This document shows, one piece after another, positions 38,369-51,529 of a stretch of DNA of 64,000 bases. The stretch covers positions 293,322-357,321 of the forward strand of contig JAAOMT010000699.1 of the NCBI GenBank assembly GCA_016748015.1. Reading direction: 5' to 3'. Position numbers and translations under genes: made by a program. This stretch comes from Geosiphon pyriformis uo1 (lineage: Eukaryota > Fungi > Glomeromycota). The notes below the pieces were generated by a model that worked only from the letters and a program-made list of their open reading frames with translations, was not told where the DNA came from and did not search any database. Within the stretch, counting starts at the first letter, position 1. The number at the start of each line of letters is the position of its first letter.

Positions 38369-41180
38369 TATTTATTTTACTCCAATTGTAATTGAAGGAC
38401 GAAACTCTAATCTCATTTTATGAATACCAAAAAACTTTGAATCCATAAATAATTAAAAATTTTACTCAAGAAACAGGCTTTAAATCATAATAGATTATCC
38501 AAAGAACAAAGGTCTTTATCTCAAATTCCATGATAATTTACTGTCGTATGTGTATAAAGTTTTTTGTAATGTTTGACGTCAAATATTAACCGTTTCCCCT
38601 ATTATTGACTCTTTTCTTTTTGTAGATATAGGTAAGTTATTGAAGAAATAAGGTTGGAAATTAAAAAAAGGCCTTAATCTATTTCAGATTTTTGAAAACG
38701 CTAACCAATTGAAAATTTTTGTTTCACAGTAAATTTTTTCATTTGAAAAATGAATATTATTCAAGATAAATTCAATATTTCGTATCAAAAAGAAAGTTTC
38801 AAAAAAAAGAAAAGAATTCTTTCAATCAATACAAAATTATTCCCGTAACAAAAATTCCATAATTTAAATAGAATGAAATCAGAAAGCTCATAAATATCTT
38901 AAGTTTTTAAAGTGGTATCAACAAAATTAAAGATTTTTCAATAACTAAAGTAAAAAAAAAACCCCCTCTCTGTTCTCATAATAAGAGTAAAATTAAATTA
39001 AATTTTCAAAATATTTTGGTTTTTGTCATTAAACTTAAACAATGGTAAGATCAAAGGGTTGAAAAAATGTTTCGAATACATAATTCTTATTAAATATATT
39101 CCAGCGCTGTTAAATTTTGAAAATTAAAATTAAAATTGTTTTATTTCAAAGATGATGCAAACCTTTTGTTCGCCTCCAATAGATGTTTCGTTGCTTTCAC
39201 ACACAAAGGATCAGAAATTACTTTTTTGTGTGAAAAAAAAAGCAAATACATTTTATTAATAACAGATACATATCTCTCTAATTTTGAAAATAAAATTGTT
39301 TCCTTCTTTAATTAAAAACCTTTTCGATATGTGCTGTACCTTGATCAAAAGAAAAGGTTTCCAAAAGAAAAGGTTCCCAAAATTTATTATCAATAAAATA
39401 TCAATTACGATAATGAAATATCAATATATATCTTTTTGAAAGAATCAAAAATCCCATGTTTCTTTAACATGAAATAACTTGTTATTGAAAAATGTAAAGT
39501 AATTCATTTTTAATAAAATATAAATTGTTTAAAATGAAAAAAAAACCCCCTTTTTATTGCAATTTTAATTGGTCATTCAAGTCATTCGATGATGATGATG
39601 ATAATGGGTTGAAGATTTATCCATATAAAAATTCCCATACTCTTTGTCTATTTAAAAGTTCATTTATTTTTTTTTTTGACTCAACACACATACTAATTTA
39701 CAAATTAGTTAAACCCTATAAAGCGAAGTTTAGTTGAACAATGATAAAAGGGATAATCGTTATCAAAATCTTGAATTTTTCCCGAAAAGCGTATTGGTGA
39801 ATGTCGGAGTTGTCGGATCATCGTTGCACAGCAGATCTGAACTAAATATGGGCGCTTTTTGAATAGTAAATGATGGTCACACAAACTTTAATAGATCTTT
39901 TTGAAAGAAACAATGATTGCTTGAGAGCTTTCAAAAAAAAAAGAAAAAAAAGTCCATTTTATGCTGCTTGTGACCTTTCAAAAAAATTTCATTTGTTGAT
40001 TTACTAAACATTTTCCCAACCCAAAAATTAATTTAATCAAGCTCAGTTGCAAATTTCTCATTGATGTAAAAAAATTGATTCGACCAATAAAATCTAGTCG
40101 AACTTGAGAGATTCCGAAGATATTCTCATGAGAACTAACATGTATAAGGTTTCAAAAAGCTATTCTGTACCAAAATTGTACCAGTTGCTCTCACTCTAAA
40201 TGTTTTATTTCAAATCTTAACGTGATTATTTTAGTCACTTTTTAACTTAACTCGATTTGGATAAAACCCTTTATCAAATTTCGAAATTGTGTTCAGGTTT
40301 TTTCGAATTACAAATTAACCGAATAAAGTGAAAGTTATTTCAATGTGTCACATACGTTTATCTGAGTTTCCAATCTTTTTGAGCATGTGACTGTTCCAGG
40401 TAAAATAAATAAAAAAACTCAAAGAACTTGGATTTTTTAATAATAACCTTGTTATAATAAAGTTATTATGTGGGCAGTGGTTTACTAAAAAAAGATTTTA
40501 CAAAAATGCTTCTACTAGATTGAATCTCAAATGTTTATAGTCTTGTTCTCAAAAAAGTACCAAATTTCAATCGATTGGATCTTTTATTAGTGGTGACAAA
40601 TGAGGGTTTCTTTGATACAATATGATTAAATATGCGTAAGCTCCTTGTACACATTAAGACAGCTTATAATATCAAATTTCATTTTGATCTTCCCTAATTA
40701 GATAGACTATAATTAGGTTCTGAGCAAATAAGAATCTTTAAATTCCAAATTTCTCCCTGAAAATTTCCGACAAAAATATTCGGACTAAACCATAATTTTT
40801 ACAATAATATTTCGAACCCGAAAATGCAATGATCTCGAATTCTTTAGTACTTTTTTACAATTACCCTTTTTTACTGATATTCATTATCAGGTGAGACCGT
40901 TGTTAAAAAAGTAAATTAGACAACGCCCCAAAAATTAATGTATTAGTGTGACAAAACAGATCTAACCTAATTCTTTTGTATTTGGCCTGGGAACCCCATT
41001 AACATTTGATTGACATTTAAGTGATCAGCGGCATAAATATATACAAGAATTTTTCTCTCAATTTCTTTTTTTTTATAAAAACTCCTTGAACCCATTTTTA
41101 CCTTTCGGGACAAAAAAGACTACTCAATCTTCTCCCTAAGAAAACTTTCATCCTCTCTGTCACAAATTTTTAAAGAAAAA

Positions 41181-41762
41181 ATGACAGAGCAACAGCAAAA
41201 CTATATTTTCGTCCCTCAATCTAATCAAGATTGTTCAGAATCAAAAATTGAACTACCCAATTATGTCAAAATCTCGGTTCCTTTTAATTTCAGTGAAAAA
41301 GAACTTCTACCCAAGTGTTATTCAGACGGAAGAATGCCGAAACGTTGTACAAATCCTTTTTTTATTTATCGAAAAGCGGTTGACAAAGAGCTACAGAAAC
41401 AAAACTTTTTCGACATTAGTATGCGAGATAAAGTGAAATTAGCCAGTAAACTATGGAAAAAAGAATCTGTTGAGGTCAAAGAGGAATGTCAGCGATGGTA
41501 TAAAGAAGCTAAGCGTCTTCACGAAAAAACTTTCAGAGCTTCATTGACCAAGTCTCGTTGTGATTCTGGTGTCTCTAGCGTAGATTTAGAAATTCCTGAC
41601 TATGAAACAATCGAGTCTTACAAATTTAATCCTTTAGATCAATTTTTTTTGCTATATCCTTATGGCTACCAAGTACCAGAGATGAATATTGAAAATAATC
41701 AAACATTAACACCTACTATATATTGGTCATCAATTTCAGACTATTATTATCAATCAATTTGA
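41181..41762 (+). CDS. HMG-box transcription factor (divergent MATA-HMG-like), 193 aa, intronless
   Basis: KRCTNPFFIYRK...SMRDKVKLASKLWKKESVEVKEECQRWYKEAKRLHEK. ATG sits in an AAAAATG context, with a TATA-like 'ataaatatataca' about 145 bp upstream. Confidence 0.85.
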   Translation: MTEQQQNYIFVPQSNQDCSESKIELPNYVKISVPFNFSEKELLPKCYSDGRMPKRCTNPFFIYRKAVDKELQKQNFFDISMRDKVKLASKLWKKESVEVKEECQRWYKEAKRLHEKTFRASLTKSRCDSGVSSVDLEIPDYETIESYKFNPLDQFFLLYPYGYQVPEMNIENNQTLTPTIYWSSISDYYYQSI

Positions 41763-43020
41763 GAGAATTAAGCTTCTTCTACAAAAAATTATTTTTTATT
41801 CTATTCTATTCTATCAAAATAAGCTGAATTTTTTAAATTTTTATGTTTTTAAAAAACCTTTTTTTTTTCAAAATTTCCTTTGAAAAAATTAAATGTTACT
41901 TAAATACTACCCAAAATATTTGATAAAACACCCTGAGCTAACGAATCAAAGTTAGGCTAAAAAAGGAATTTTTTTTTCTCCACAATATTCATTTATATTA
42001 TATGTAAATAAATTTTTTCTTTTAAAGATAAACTTCAGTTCAAATGTTGAAAAATAAAGAAATATATGCCAAGATTTTTTCGTAATTTTAAAACGAGATC
42101 ATTTTCAATTTTTTTTTTTGGATATATTTGAATATATTAATTGCTTACTTTTATTGAATTTCAATATTATTTTAAAGGTTTTCTTTATTTCAGAAATAAT
42201 TCATGAAAGATTTTTTTTTTTTTTTTGAATTCCCAACGTTAAATTTCCGTTGAAATTCATCGTTGGATTAATTTTATAAGGAAATTACTTTCAGAATTTC
42301 GGTTTTATTAAGAAAAATTGTTATAAAAAAGACAACTTTGGTTAAACTTAAACTTTGCTAGGAACTCTTAATAGCATTGATTCACATCTAAAATAGGTTA
42401 CGATTAATTTGGATATTTTTTTAAAGTTTTTTCAAAAAAAAAATTTCGAATATTTTTTTAATTATTGAATTAGAATTTAAACCTTATCAGATATCAATAT
42501 TTTTTATTTATAAATTTCAATCTCACTTTACAAAATGTATAAAAAATCGAATATTTAGATGGCTTTCTAATTTTTATATATATTAATATTAGGTTTTCAA
42601 TATTTGTTTAGAATATATTTTTTAAATTAAATAATAATTGATATTTTAATTTTAGTGTTTGTATAAAAAATAAATTAATGTTCTAATATTATTTAAAGCC
42701 GAGATATTATATTTACCATATTGCCCATAGAAATGTCTTCTAAGATCTATAAACATAGAATGACAAAAAGAATGAGATTTTATCCTTCTCGGGATTCGAA
42801 GCTTAGGAATAAAATTTTTCTTTGGTCAAATTAAAGAGTTCTAAGAAATAAAATTTTTTTTATAATTACATAAGATCTAGGGGTAAAAATCTTGACTATT
42901 CAAAGAATTAAGTAATTTAGAGAAAAAGGTAGTTTAAAAAAATGGTGATTTTTCAAAAAAAATTTTAGTTAAAAGTATTGAAATAATTTTTTACTGTCAC
43001 AATCATTCCTATTATTATCG

Positions 43021-43060
<40 letters not shown>

Positions 43061-43130
43061 GTTGTTGCTGTTGTTGTTGTAGTTATTGTTGTTGTTGCTG
43101 TTGTTGTTGTTGTTGTTGTTGTTGTTATTG
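43021..43130. repeat. (TTG)n microsatellite
   Basis: Direct observation; it explains spurious ORFs 42965..43147 and 43021..43206. Confidence 0.9.
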
Positions 43131-45083
43131 TTATAATAATAAATCAACTAGGTTTACTTTAAAACATTTAAAATATATTTTTTTTAAATCTAATTGTAAA
43201 AATTAATTAGTAATACAAGTTATGCTATTATCTTATTAAAGGCAACAACATATGCATGATCCCAAAATATAGAACATCCGATGTTTTCAAAAGAAATTTC
43301 CAGAAAATTTTTACAGGGTTTAAAAAAATTGAAATAATTACATAATTTTTTAAAAATTATATAAAAATTTAATTTTAATATATATAGTCTTAATAATAAT
43401 AAAAAATGAATTTAAATTTTTAATATGTGAATACGCTGGGAAATTTGGAAAGTTAACGAAAGAACGAGCAAACAAACAAACTTAGTCATATTGAATTAAA
43501 CCTACGACTAAATCTTTCTAAATATCTAATTCGAAAATATATAATTTTTGAGCTTAGCCTGAACTTTAATTAAAGAATTTATGTAAAAAAATTTTTTATT
43601 TGATGAATTAAATACCCTATAAAACATGAGAATTTCTATTAGCTTTTAATGACTAAATTATTAATTAAGAAATTAACAATTACAGAGGTAATTCATTATT
43701 CAAAAATATTATAAATAAATTTTAAATATTCTACAATGAATAGAATCCAACCATTTTACTGCAAAACCCAATTGAAAGCTTAACTCCCGAAAAAAGAAAG
43801 ATTACATATTAATTAATAGCATTCTGGATTTTGTGTTAACCGACAGTAATCATTTATAGACTAATGATGATTTTCATTAGCCTCATTATCAGAGATCCTT
43901 CTATACATGGTAAAAGAACAATGGATATGCAAATGCATATGCGTACCATCCTTTTTTGGTTATCGTTGTTTAGACATATAAATGTATTTTGGAAACATTA
44001 CATTTACCCTGTTTACAAATTAAAAAATACCATTTTATTCACTATTTTCCAAAAATCATTTCTGAATAATTATTAGATACCCCTTCAATATATTTCTCAA
44101 CTTGAAAAATTTTTATTGCTAAAATAAGAGGTGAAAATTTTTTATTCGCAAATGATTAATAATCGGCCAAGATATATGATAATGTTACCTTTTTTGCTTC
44201 AACCTTTCTAAAAAAAATATACTTGAACCCTGTTTATTACTGAATAGGAAAACAAGGATGTATATATTAAATCAATGTATTAAGGGGCTTAAATTGGATT
44301 TTGGCATCTTTTTCCTTGAAATTCATGTGAATATATAAAAAGAATTAGAAATTAACTTATTACAATATCCAAACATGCAAGCTAAAAACTTAAAAAAACT
44401 TTTTGTCTGACTAAAATGATTCAATTTAATTTATATCCATCTGAACGTTCGAATTCCAAGCTGGAAAAAGTACTTTCAATTAGTAATTGAAGCTTGAAAC
44501 AATATGTCACAAGTGGTAAAGAAGGAAAAATCATTAGTTAAAAAAAACTATTTCACTAAATATTATTATGGTTTAATTCTTTTTAAATTACGCCTTTAGT
44601 TCATTAGATACCCTTTTTTATTTTTTAATCAGGTGAAATTTTCAACGATTAACTAAATATGGAATATAGTTTTAAATAAAATTATTCGAGAGAAAAAATA
44701 TTTTTAAAAAAGAATTCTCAGAAAACGAGAATTCGTTAATTTTTTACATTGATTTTTTAACATGAGTCATGAAATAACGGATTTTTGATCCCATATCTAA
44801 ACTTGCAGTCTCCGATTTATCTTTAGCCGGATTCATATTTCCAAATCTTCTCGTCCATATTTAGCATTTATATCATTCAACATTGACGGATATATCATGC
44901 CGATATGATGTGATTGGTTCGTCTCGAAGATCTAAAAATGGTATATTACACAATGCGATCAAAGAAATTTGTATAAAATTCCACCTTTTGCTGTTAATTT
45001 CCAAATTCAAAAGCAAATTTACTGAAGCTCCAGTTCCTTATTTACAATTTTTCGCTATCTAATTGTTAGAAATTGAATTCAAC

Positions 45084-45803
45084 ATGCAACGAAATTTACG
45101 AAAAAGTTTGCCAAAGAAAATAAGCACAAAACATATCGAAAAGAAAAGACCGGTCATTGCTGCTACCAAAGAAGAAGTAAAGGAGCTTTGCGACACTTTT
45201 CATATGAATACACCACCTTTTAATCATACGCAACTTTATGAAAATCCTTCAAAAGATTTCAAAGATAAAAATGGTCGAGTGAAACGCGCTCCAAACAGTT
45301 TTATGATTTTTCGAAAATGCGCTAATATACAAGCTAAAAAGTTTAAATCTCATAGTAAATATATAACCAATTCGCAAAATAATTTTTCGAAATTAATTGG
45401 CAAAATTTGGCAAGGACTTGATCCAGAAATAAGACAATGTTATGATAATTTAGCCAAAGAGGTGAAAGATATGCATGCCAAAGCTTTCCCGACATATAAG
45501 TTTCATCCAAAGCGTGATCGGCTCACTTTCAAGGTTTATCAATTTTGTGATAATAGTTCTAATGAGAGTACTCAAGACGAAACAGAAGATGAAGTACCAA
45601 ACGACTCATCATCAACCGCATCACATTTGAATTTAGATTTAAATCAGCAAGTAGATATCAATGAAGCATTCCAAATGATTGATATCAATTCATTATTTTG
45701 GGAACCATATCCAAAATCCAACAATATTGAAGAAGAACCGAATTCCCCTCTTTGCCAAGATTCTTCAGCAATATTTACCTTTGAAAATCCAAACAATTAC
45801 TGA
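45084..45803 (+). CDS. MATA-type HMG-box transcription factor, 239 aa, intronless
   Basis: KRAPNSFMIFRK...FSKLIGKIWQGLDPEIRQCYDNLAKEVKDMHAKAFPTYKFHPKR with an acidic C-terminal tail. The first ATG is at 45084; the ORF track starts at a TTG. Confidence 0.92.
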   Translation: MQRNLRKSLPKKISTKHIEKKRPVIAATKEEVKELCDTFHMNTPPFNHTQLYENPSKDFKDKNGRVKRAPNSFMIFRKCANIQAKKFKSHSKYITNSQNNFSKLIGKIWQGLDPEIRQCYDNLAKEVKDMHAKAFPTYKFHPKRDRLTFKVYQFCDNSSNESTQDETEDEVPNDSSSTASHLNLDLNQQVDINEAFQMIDINSLFWEPYPKSNNIEEEPNSPLCQDSSAIFTFENPNNY

Positions 45804-48800
45804 TTTGATCAAAAAAATTTCCTTAGCATAAACTTATGGCCTTAAACCATTCATCAAGCATTTTCTATAGAAATCATTAAAAATTCATCCTATTTATTTC
45901 TATGCCTATGATTATACCATAAATTTTTAGTTTTTTTAAAAAATGGCCATTAGAATATTTAGCTCTAAGTTATGAATATTTTCCGCGGATATTTCTTTCA
46001 ATTATATGCGTAAATGAAAAAAAAAAAAGATTAAATTTTTAAAAAAGCCCAGTAAATGAAAAAGGAAAACTAAAGGTTAAAAAGCTTTTATATATTATCA
46101 AACCAAAATTTAAACGAAAAATAAATAAAAAATAAAGTTTTAGATCAATATTACAAAGGTATCGAGACAATTGTAAAGAAAGTTATTGGGTTCATATTAT
46201 GCAAATAATTGTTTATAAAAAGACTTTCGGTCTTGGAAAATGTACATGTAAGTAGCTGATTAGTAATATTTAAATAATAAGAACAAGGTAATGAAAAACC
46301 CCTTAAAACTTATCAAACTTTGACCAAACAATAAATGCGTGAAAAAAATGACAAATAGATTTACGACCACTTATAAACAACCTGCAATTATTCATAAAGT
46401 ATCTATGATAATACATCATGTTCAGTATATAAGATGATTTGAATTTTTTTTCTTAATCTATCTATTTTACAATATGTCTTAATATTTTTAAATAAAATTT
46501 TTTTATTAAAATATAATTTTAATAAATATATAAAAGTTTAATAATAAAAACTTATATTAAGATGAATTTGTAAAAACCTGTGAATAAAAAGTTTTGTGTT
46601 AATTTTTACTTTGAATTTATTGTGATAGGTTTTTGCTTCGAAAAGTTTTAAGTTTAATTGTCCTATTACACGATCACAATTAGTAGCAGACAATGCTTTT
46701 TGACTTTGTATAAATTTTTTAGAAATCACTATTTTTCTTTTAAGTATTTGGTATACCAATAATAGTTTAAAAGAGTCTGTTACATAGGAAACTTTGTTTA
46801 TTATTATCAAAAATGATCCACATATTAATTTTTTGAATTATGCCATTTTAAATTACTAAGAAAATTAATATATATATATATATTGAAATTCTAAAGTAAA
46901 TTCAATGAAAAGAGCAGATTTTAATCATAAAATTGACAGAATTTTGAAACTATTTTGGAAAAATAAAAAAAAGTTAAGTTTAATATTTAGTTAATATCTC
47001 AAGAAAATAAGAAATTAAGATTTTTCATTTAAATTTGGATTAATAAAACTATATCAAGATTTCTTGAAAGCTCAAAATTTATTTAAAGTTTAAAAATTTT
47101 GGCTTTTCTAATCAATTGATTAATAATTACAGTTTTTGAATTTATTTTTTTTCTGGTAATATATATTTTTTAATATGTTTTTTTGATAAATTACTGATTT
47201 ATCTTTATTTTTGTTTGTTGATCCCAATTATTAAAATAATTTTTTCTTTTCTTATTCTAAATTGTATAGGATAATTTAAAATAGAAAAGAATTTAAGACA
47301 TTGAGCAAAACTTTTGGGTTTAATATTATCAGCGATATTTTATTTCAGGAAAAAAATTATTAAATTTTCATCTCTGAAATAATCTAATTAAGGATGAGCA
47401 TAGAAAAATATAAACAACAGGAAACTCTGTGTTGATAGTCCTTTGAAAGAAATATGATAAAAGAATTAAAAATCAAATCAAGTTGCAGAAATATTATAAC
47501 CTTGTTAAGATGTATGACTAAAAACTTCTTTGAATACTGAACCATAATTAAGATATTTAATATATTATATAGAGCAACTTGCTCTGATCCAATAAATTTG
47601 AACTTCAAAAACCTTTGTTTTGATTTCTCTCATTAGATAAATAGCAATTTTTTGTATTAATTTGAAATTTTCTCATTTATTTTTATGAGAAAACTCAACA
47701 TTAGATCGTAGCGGGTTAACCCAAGAGGTCAGTTCAACAAAGGGGTTAATGTTTCTTTATGAAAGAATTCCAGTGCTATCAATAAAGTTTAATAGAGGGA
47801 AAAGATTTAAATATAAAAATTATTTTAATTATTTAAATTTGAGTGAGATTTTTCTCTTTCCATTGGTGTTGCCAGTGGCAATCAAACCGTTTCCTAAAGT
47901 TATGCGAACTTTTTTATCATTGAAAGTGCATTTCAACTAAATTAATGCACTGAAATATAAGTAAAAAATAGAAGGTATTAGAACTTTTAAATAGAAAAAA
48001 TTGTAAGCAATGTGTATTAATATAAACAGAGACGACAAAAAAAAAAGTAAACTTAATTTAAAAGTTTTAAAGACATACTTGATTTAAAGATTATTTTTAC
48101 CTTTGAGAACTTCAAAAGAGTGAAAAAAAATTTTATACATCATTGAAGGAACTCGTTTATCTCGGGAAAATCCTTTTCTGACTCTAGTACTCTCTTGATA
48201 TTGTCAAAAGATAAATAAACATAATGGGATTTAATGAAAAATGACTTTTTTGAATTTCTTCAAATCGTTGAATTTCATACACACCACCGTAATCAACACT
48301 AATAATATTACCAAAATCAAATATATATAAAGAGCCGCTTGCAATAAACACATTATTAATGAAATATGAATTATTATTAAAAGGTAAATAACAAGTAGAG
48401 CACAAGCTACCCAGAAAAATAAACGCTGCCAAAATTTTGTGGCTTTAAACATTTTGTCAAATTAATGACTAGATGAGGAAAACCTATAAACTTTTTGTAA
48501 AGATGATACTTGCTTTTAGGATCTATCTTGAATAAATCATATCGGATGCGTTTGGTCCTTATCTTAACCTAAAGATTAAAAAAACTCAATTAAATCGATC
48601 CTCATCATCTTAGTTTAAAAAAATTTATAGACTCTACAATAATTTTCAACTTTGACTAATTCAAATTTAGTCTTATGTTCAGCCGAAAAGAAATACTGTT
48701 AAATACTCTATTTATTATGGTAATTTAGTGCATGTAATAGTTACTTAAATGACTCGGAATTAATAAATAATCCGAATCAATAACTATGAAAATGACATAA

Positions 48801-50152
48801 AACTTCTGTTTAATATCCCAATTTAGAATAAAAAAAATTTTTTTTTTTCAAGGTCTATAATATTGAAATAATAAAACAATTTGTTACTGGTCCTAATCTA
48901 TACAAGATTCTCAATAATAATCGTCCTGTTGTACACTTTTTGATAAATTACCAGAAAAGTGAAATGATTTCTCATCGGGGCAAATGTAAATGAGTTAGTG
49001 TAATATAGATTTGTCTAAGGAAAATCAGGTTTTTTTTTTGAAAATTTTATAAATATTTCATTCAATATAAAACCAGTCAAAGTTACCGAGTTTAGAAGAG
49101 GTGATGAATTTTTTATTAAAAATAAACACTTTCTGAAATTCGCCTTTTTTTAGTTTGATGCAAAAAAAAAAAATACGAAAAAGATTATGTTAATAATTTC
49201 AAAAATATTGGATTTAGAAATCCATAATCTTTTTTCAATCATCAAAAAAAGTTATAAATATTATAATAATATAATTATTTTTCTATCAATTATTTATTTA
49301 TTCAAGCTCAAAAAGATTCATGATAGGGGTATCAAATTTTTAATCCATGTGTAATTTTTAATTACTAATTTTTAAATTCAAGTTTTTTAAAATTGTAGAT
49401 ATTGATTTGATTAAAGATCATATGTAGAGTCAAACATCTAAGGAGTAAATGCTTGCCAAATTTATTCCTATATCAGATAAAAATTTAGTCCGTGATCAAC
49501 TTTTTTCTTATTTAAAAAAAATTAAAATGGGACGCTGGATTAAAAATTTATATTAAAAAAATAATTTATTTTTACATTTATTATATTATATTATATACAT
49601 TATATTATATGAAATTTAATGAAACGTGATTATTTTATTTTAAAAAAAAAAAAATTTTTTTTTCATATAAATACTAAAATTAAATACATTTTTCACAATC
49701 AAAAAATTGTTTTCTTGGAGTTTTTTGGTTCTTGTTGTTACTAAAGTATTGCATCAATCCAAAGTGGTTATTTAAAGGTCTATGTATAAATTTTTTATGC
49801 GCGCAAAATAGATATATTATTTATTTGCCTATGTAGATATTGTATGTTGAAAGGGAAAACCGATAATGGGATTTTATTTATCATTATTTGTGCTCACATG
49901 ATTTATGATTACGTCAATTAACGATAAGTATTTGAACTGCGATGTGTGTTACTGATCGCAATTCAATGTTAAATGAATAGAAATTTGATGGAGCTGTTTA
50001 ATTACCAGTCTTTTAATTTGATCAAAGTAAAATTAATTTACGTAATAACTTCTACATTATTTATATATTTATATATATATATATGGTTTTATTCTATTTC
50101 TACATTTTTATGACATAGTTTCGAGGAGAAGATGTTCGATAAATCTAAAAGT

Positions 50153-51529
50153 TCAATCATCATCCACAGGACATTTTCCCATCTTATGTCCAAAGTATGG
50201 ACCTAAATTAGAAAATTCTCCTTTAGTTTTTGTCCCCAAATTACATGCCTATATAATCAAAAATATAATTTTATTAAAATTTTTTCAATAGAGTCTCAAC
50301 TAATAGATTTAAATGGTTTTATTTACTTACCATAGTTTCCCTCAAATTTCCATCAGAAATTGGCCCTTCACAAATATATATTGTAGGCTTATTGTCAACA
50401 CAATCACAGTCACCATCTATCCAAATCTCATAAGCATGTTGATACAAATAGGCGGTGTTTCTTAACATATAGTGAATTCGTGGTACGTAATCGTCTGAAT
50501 GAGTGATACGATATGTAGTAAGTTTTCTTTTCATGACAAGTTGACTGACTAATTTAGAAAATTCTACATTTCCGATTGGTGGTTGTCCATACGTGAATAC
50601 TTCAACTTTGTATTTTTTTAATAGATCTCCAAACTTTAACGCCGATAATACTGCGAAAACTATCAAAGAAAAATTTCAAATTCAAAAGATGTTACAAAAC
50701 ATTTCTATGAAAAAATATATATACTACCAAAAATGAAATAATAAAGTTATTCTTACCACCACCCAAACCATGACCAGTGAATGTTATAGTCTTAAAACAT
50801 TCAAGGCACTTTCGGGATTTTAATGCTTTTATAATCAAGTTTTGTAAGCGAGGGACGCCATTTATAAAAACACTGTAAAACGCCTTGTCTACAAGAACAT
50901 CCTGGTATCGTTCAAATTCCACCATATCATACTTTTTATTTTCCCATTGTTTGCGTGTTGGAATTATCCTGTCACTAGATACTATTGGCCAATCCAAAAT
51001 AGAGCCAGTACCCTGGAAAGAGATAATCAAATCTTTGTGAAACCGGTTTCTTTGCCGTATTCTAGTTTTTGCTAAATAAGAGAAAACCATTTAGTCATGA
51101 TGAAAAAAAAAACCATTTCTAAATTAAAAAAATAATAATTCATAAAATTTAGTTACCCAAAAACCCTGGCGTCATCTCGTGGCCACCGGCTGCGCTTAAA
51201 CAGTATGCCATACTAGAATACATGGCATTTAATTCAAATAAATCTAATAAAACATGATCAGCAGGACCAAAAGCAACTTTTTGGCCGTTATACATATAAT
51301 AATTTCTCTTTGATCCCGAAATGTTATATTGTTTTTTATTTGAGTCTTCTTTGCTCAATAAATGTTCATATTTTATCAAGATTTTTCTTTTTGACAATTG
51401 AAATGAATTCGATAACTCTAAAGGCTGAGAAGAATTTTTTTCCAATAATTTTGTAAGGCTTTGATTAATTTCAAAAGGTTTTGCAAAAACCATCGAGAAG
51501 GTTATTATGATTGAAAGAACTATTTTCAT
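50153..51529 (-). CDS. Secreted class 3 lipase-fold protein, predicted catalytically inactive, ~370 aa, 4 exons
   Basis: Exons 51529-51157, 51071-50757, 50659-50331, 50248-50153 join in frame. Signal peptide MKIVLSIIITFSMVFA. Motifs: YSSMAYC, IISFQGT, ITFTGHGLGG, VFTYGQPPIGN, YRITHSDDYVPRI, EIWI..DCDC, CN...NLGPYFG..MGKC. Confidence 0.9.

Noticed and set aside
37980-38423. 147-aa Phe/Ser-rich ORF, and similar ORFs at 19567, 21260, 21279, 32663, 42965 and 43021
   Set aside because: These are translations of microsatellites.
42782-42805. B-box-like TTCGAATCCC on the minus strand
   Set aside because: No A-box or cloverleaf nearby.
41181-45803. Mating-type (sex) locus
   Set aside because: No flanking triose-phosphate transporter or RNA helicase (Mucorales sex locus) and no homeodomain pair in the window. 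MATA-HMG genes are highly multicopy in this group.
47714-47749. TTAACCC...GGGTTAA piggyBac-like mini element
   Set aside because: Only about 35 bp with a 7-bp inverted match, which is expected by chance.
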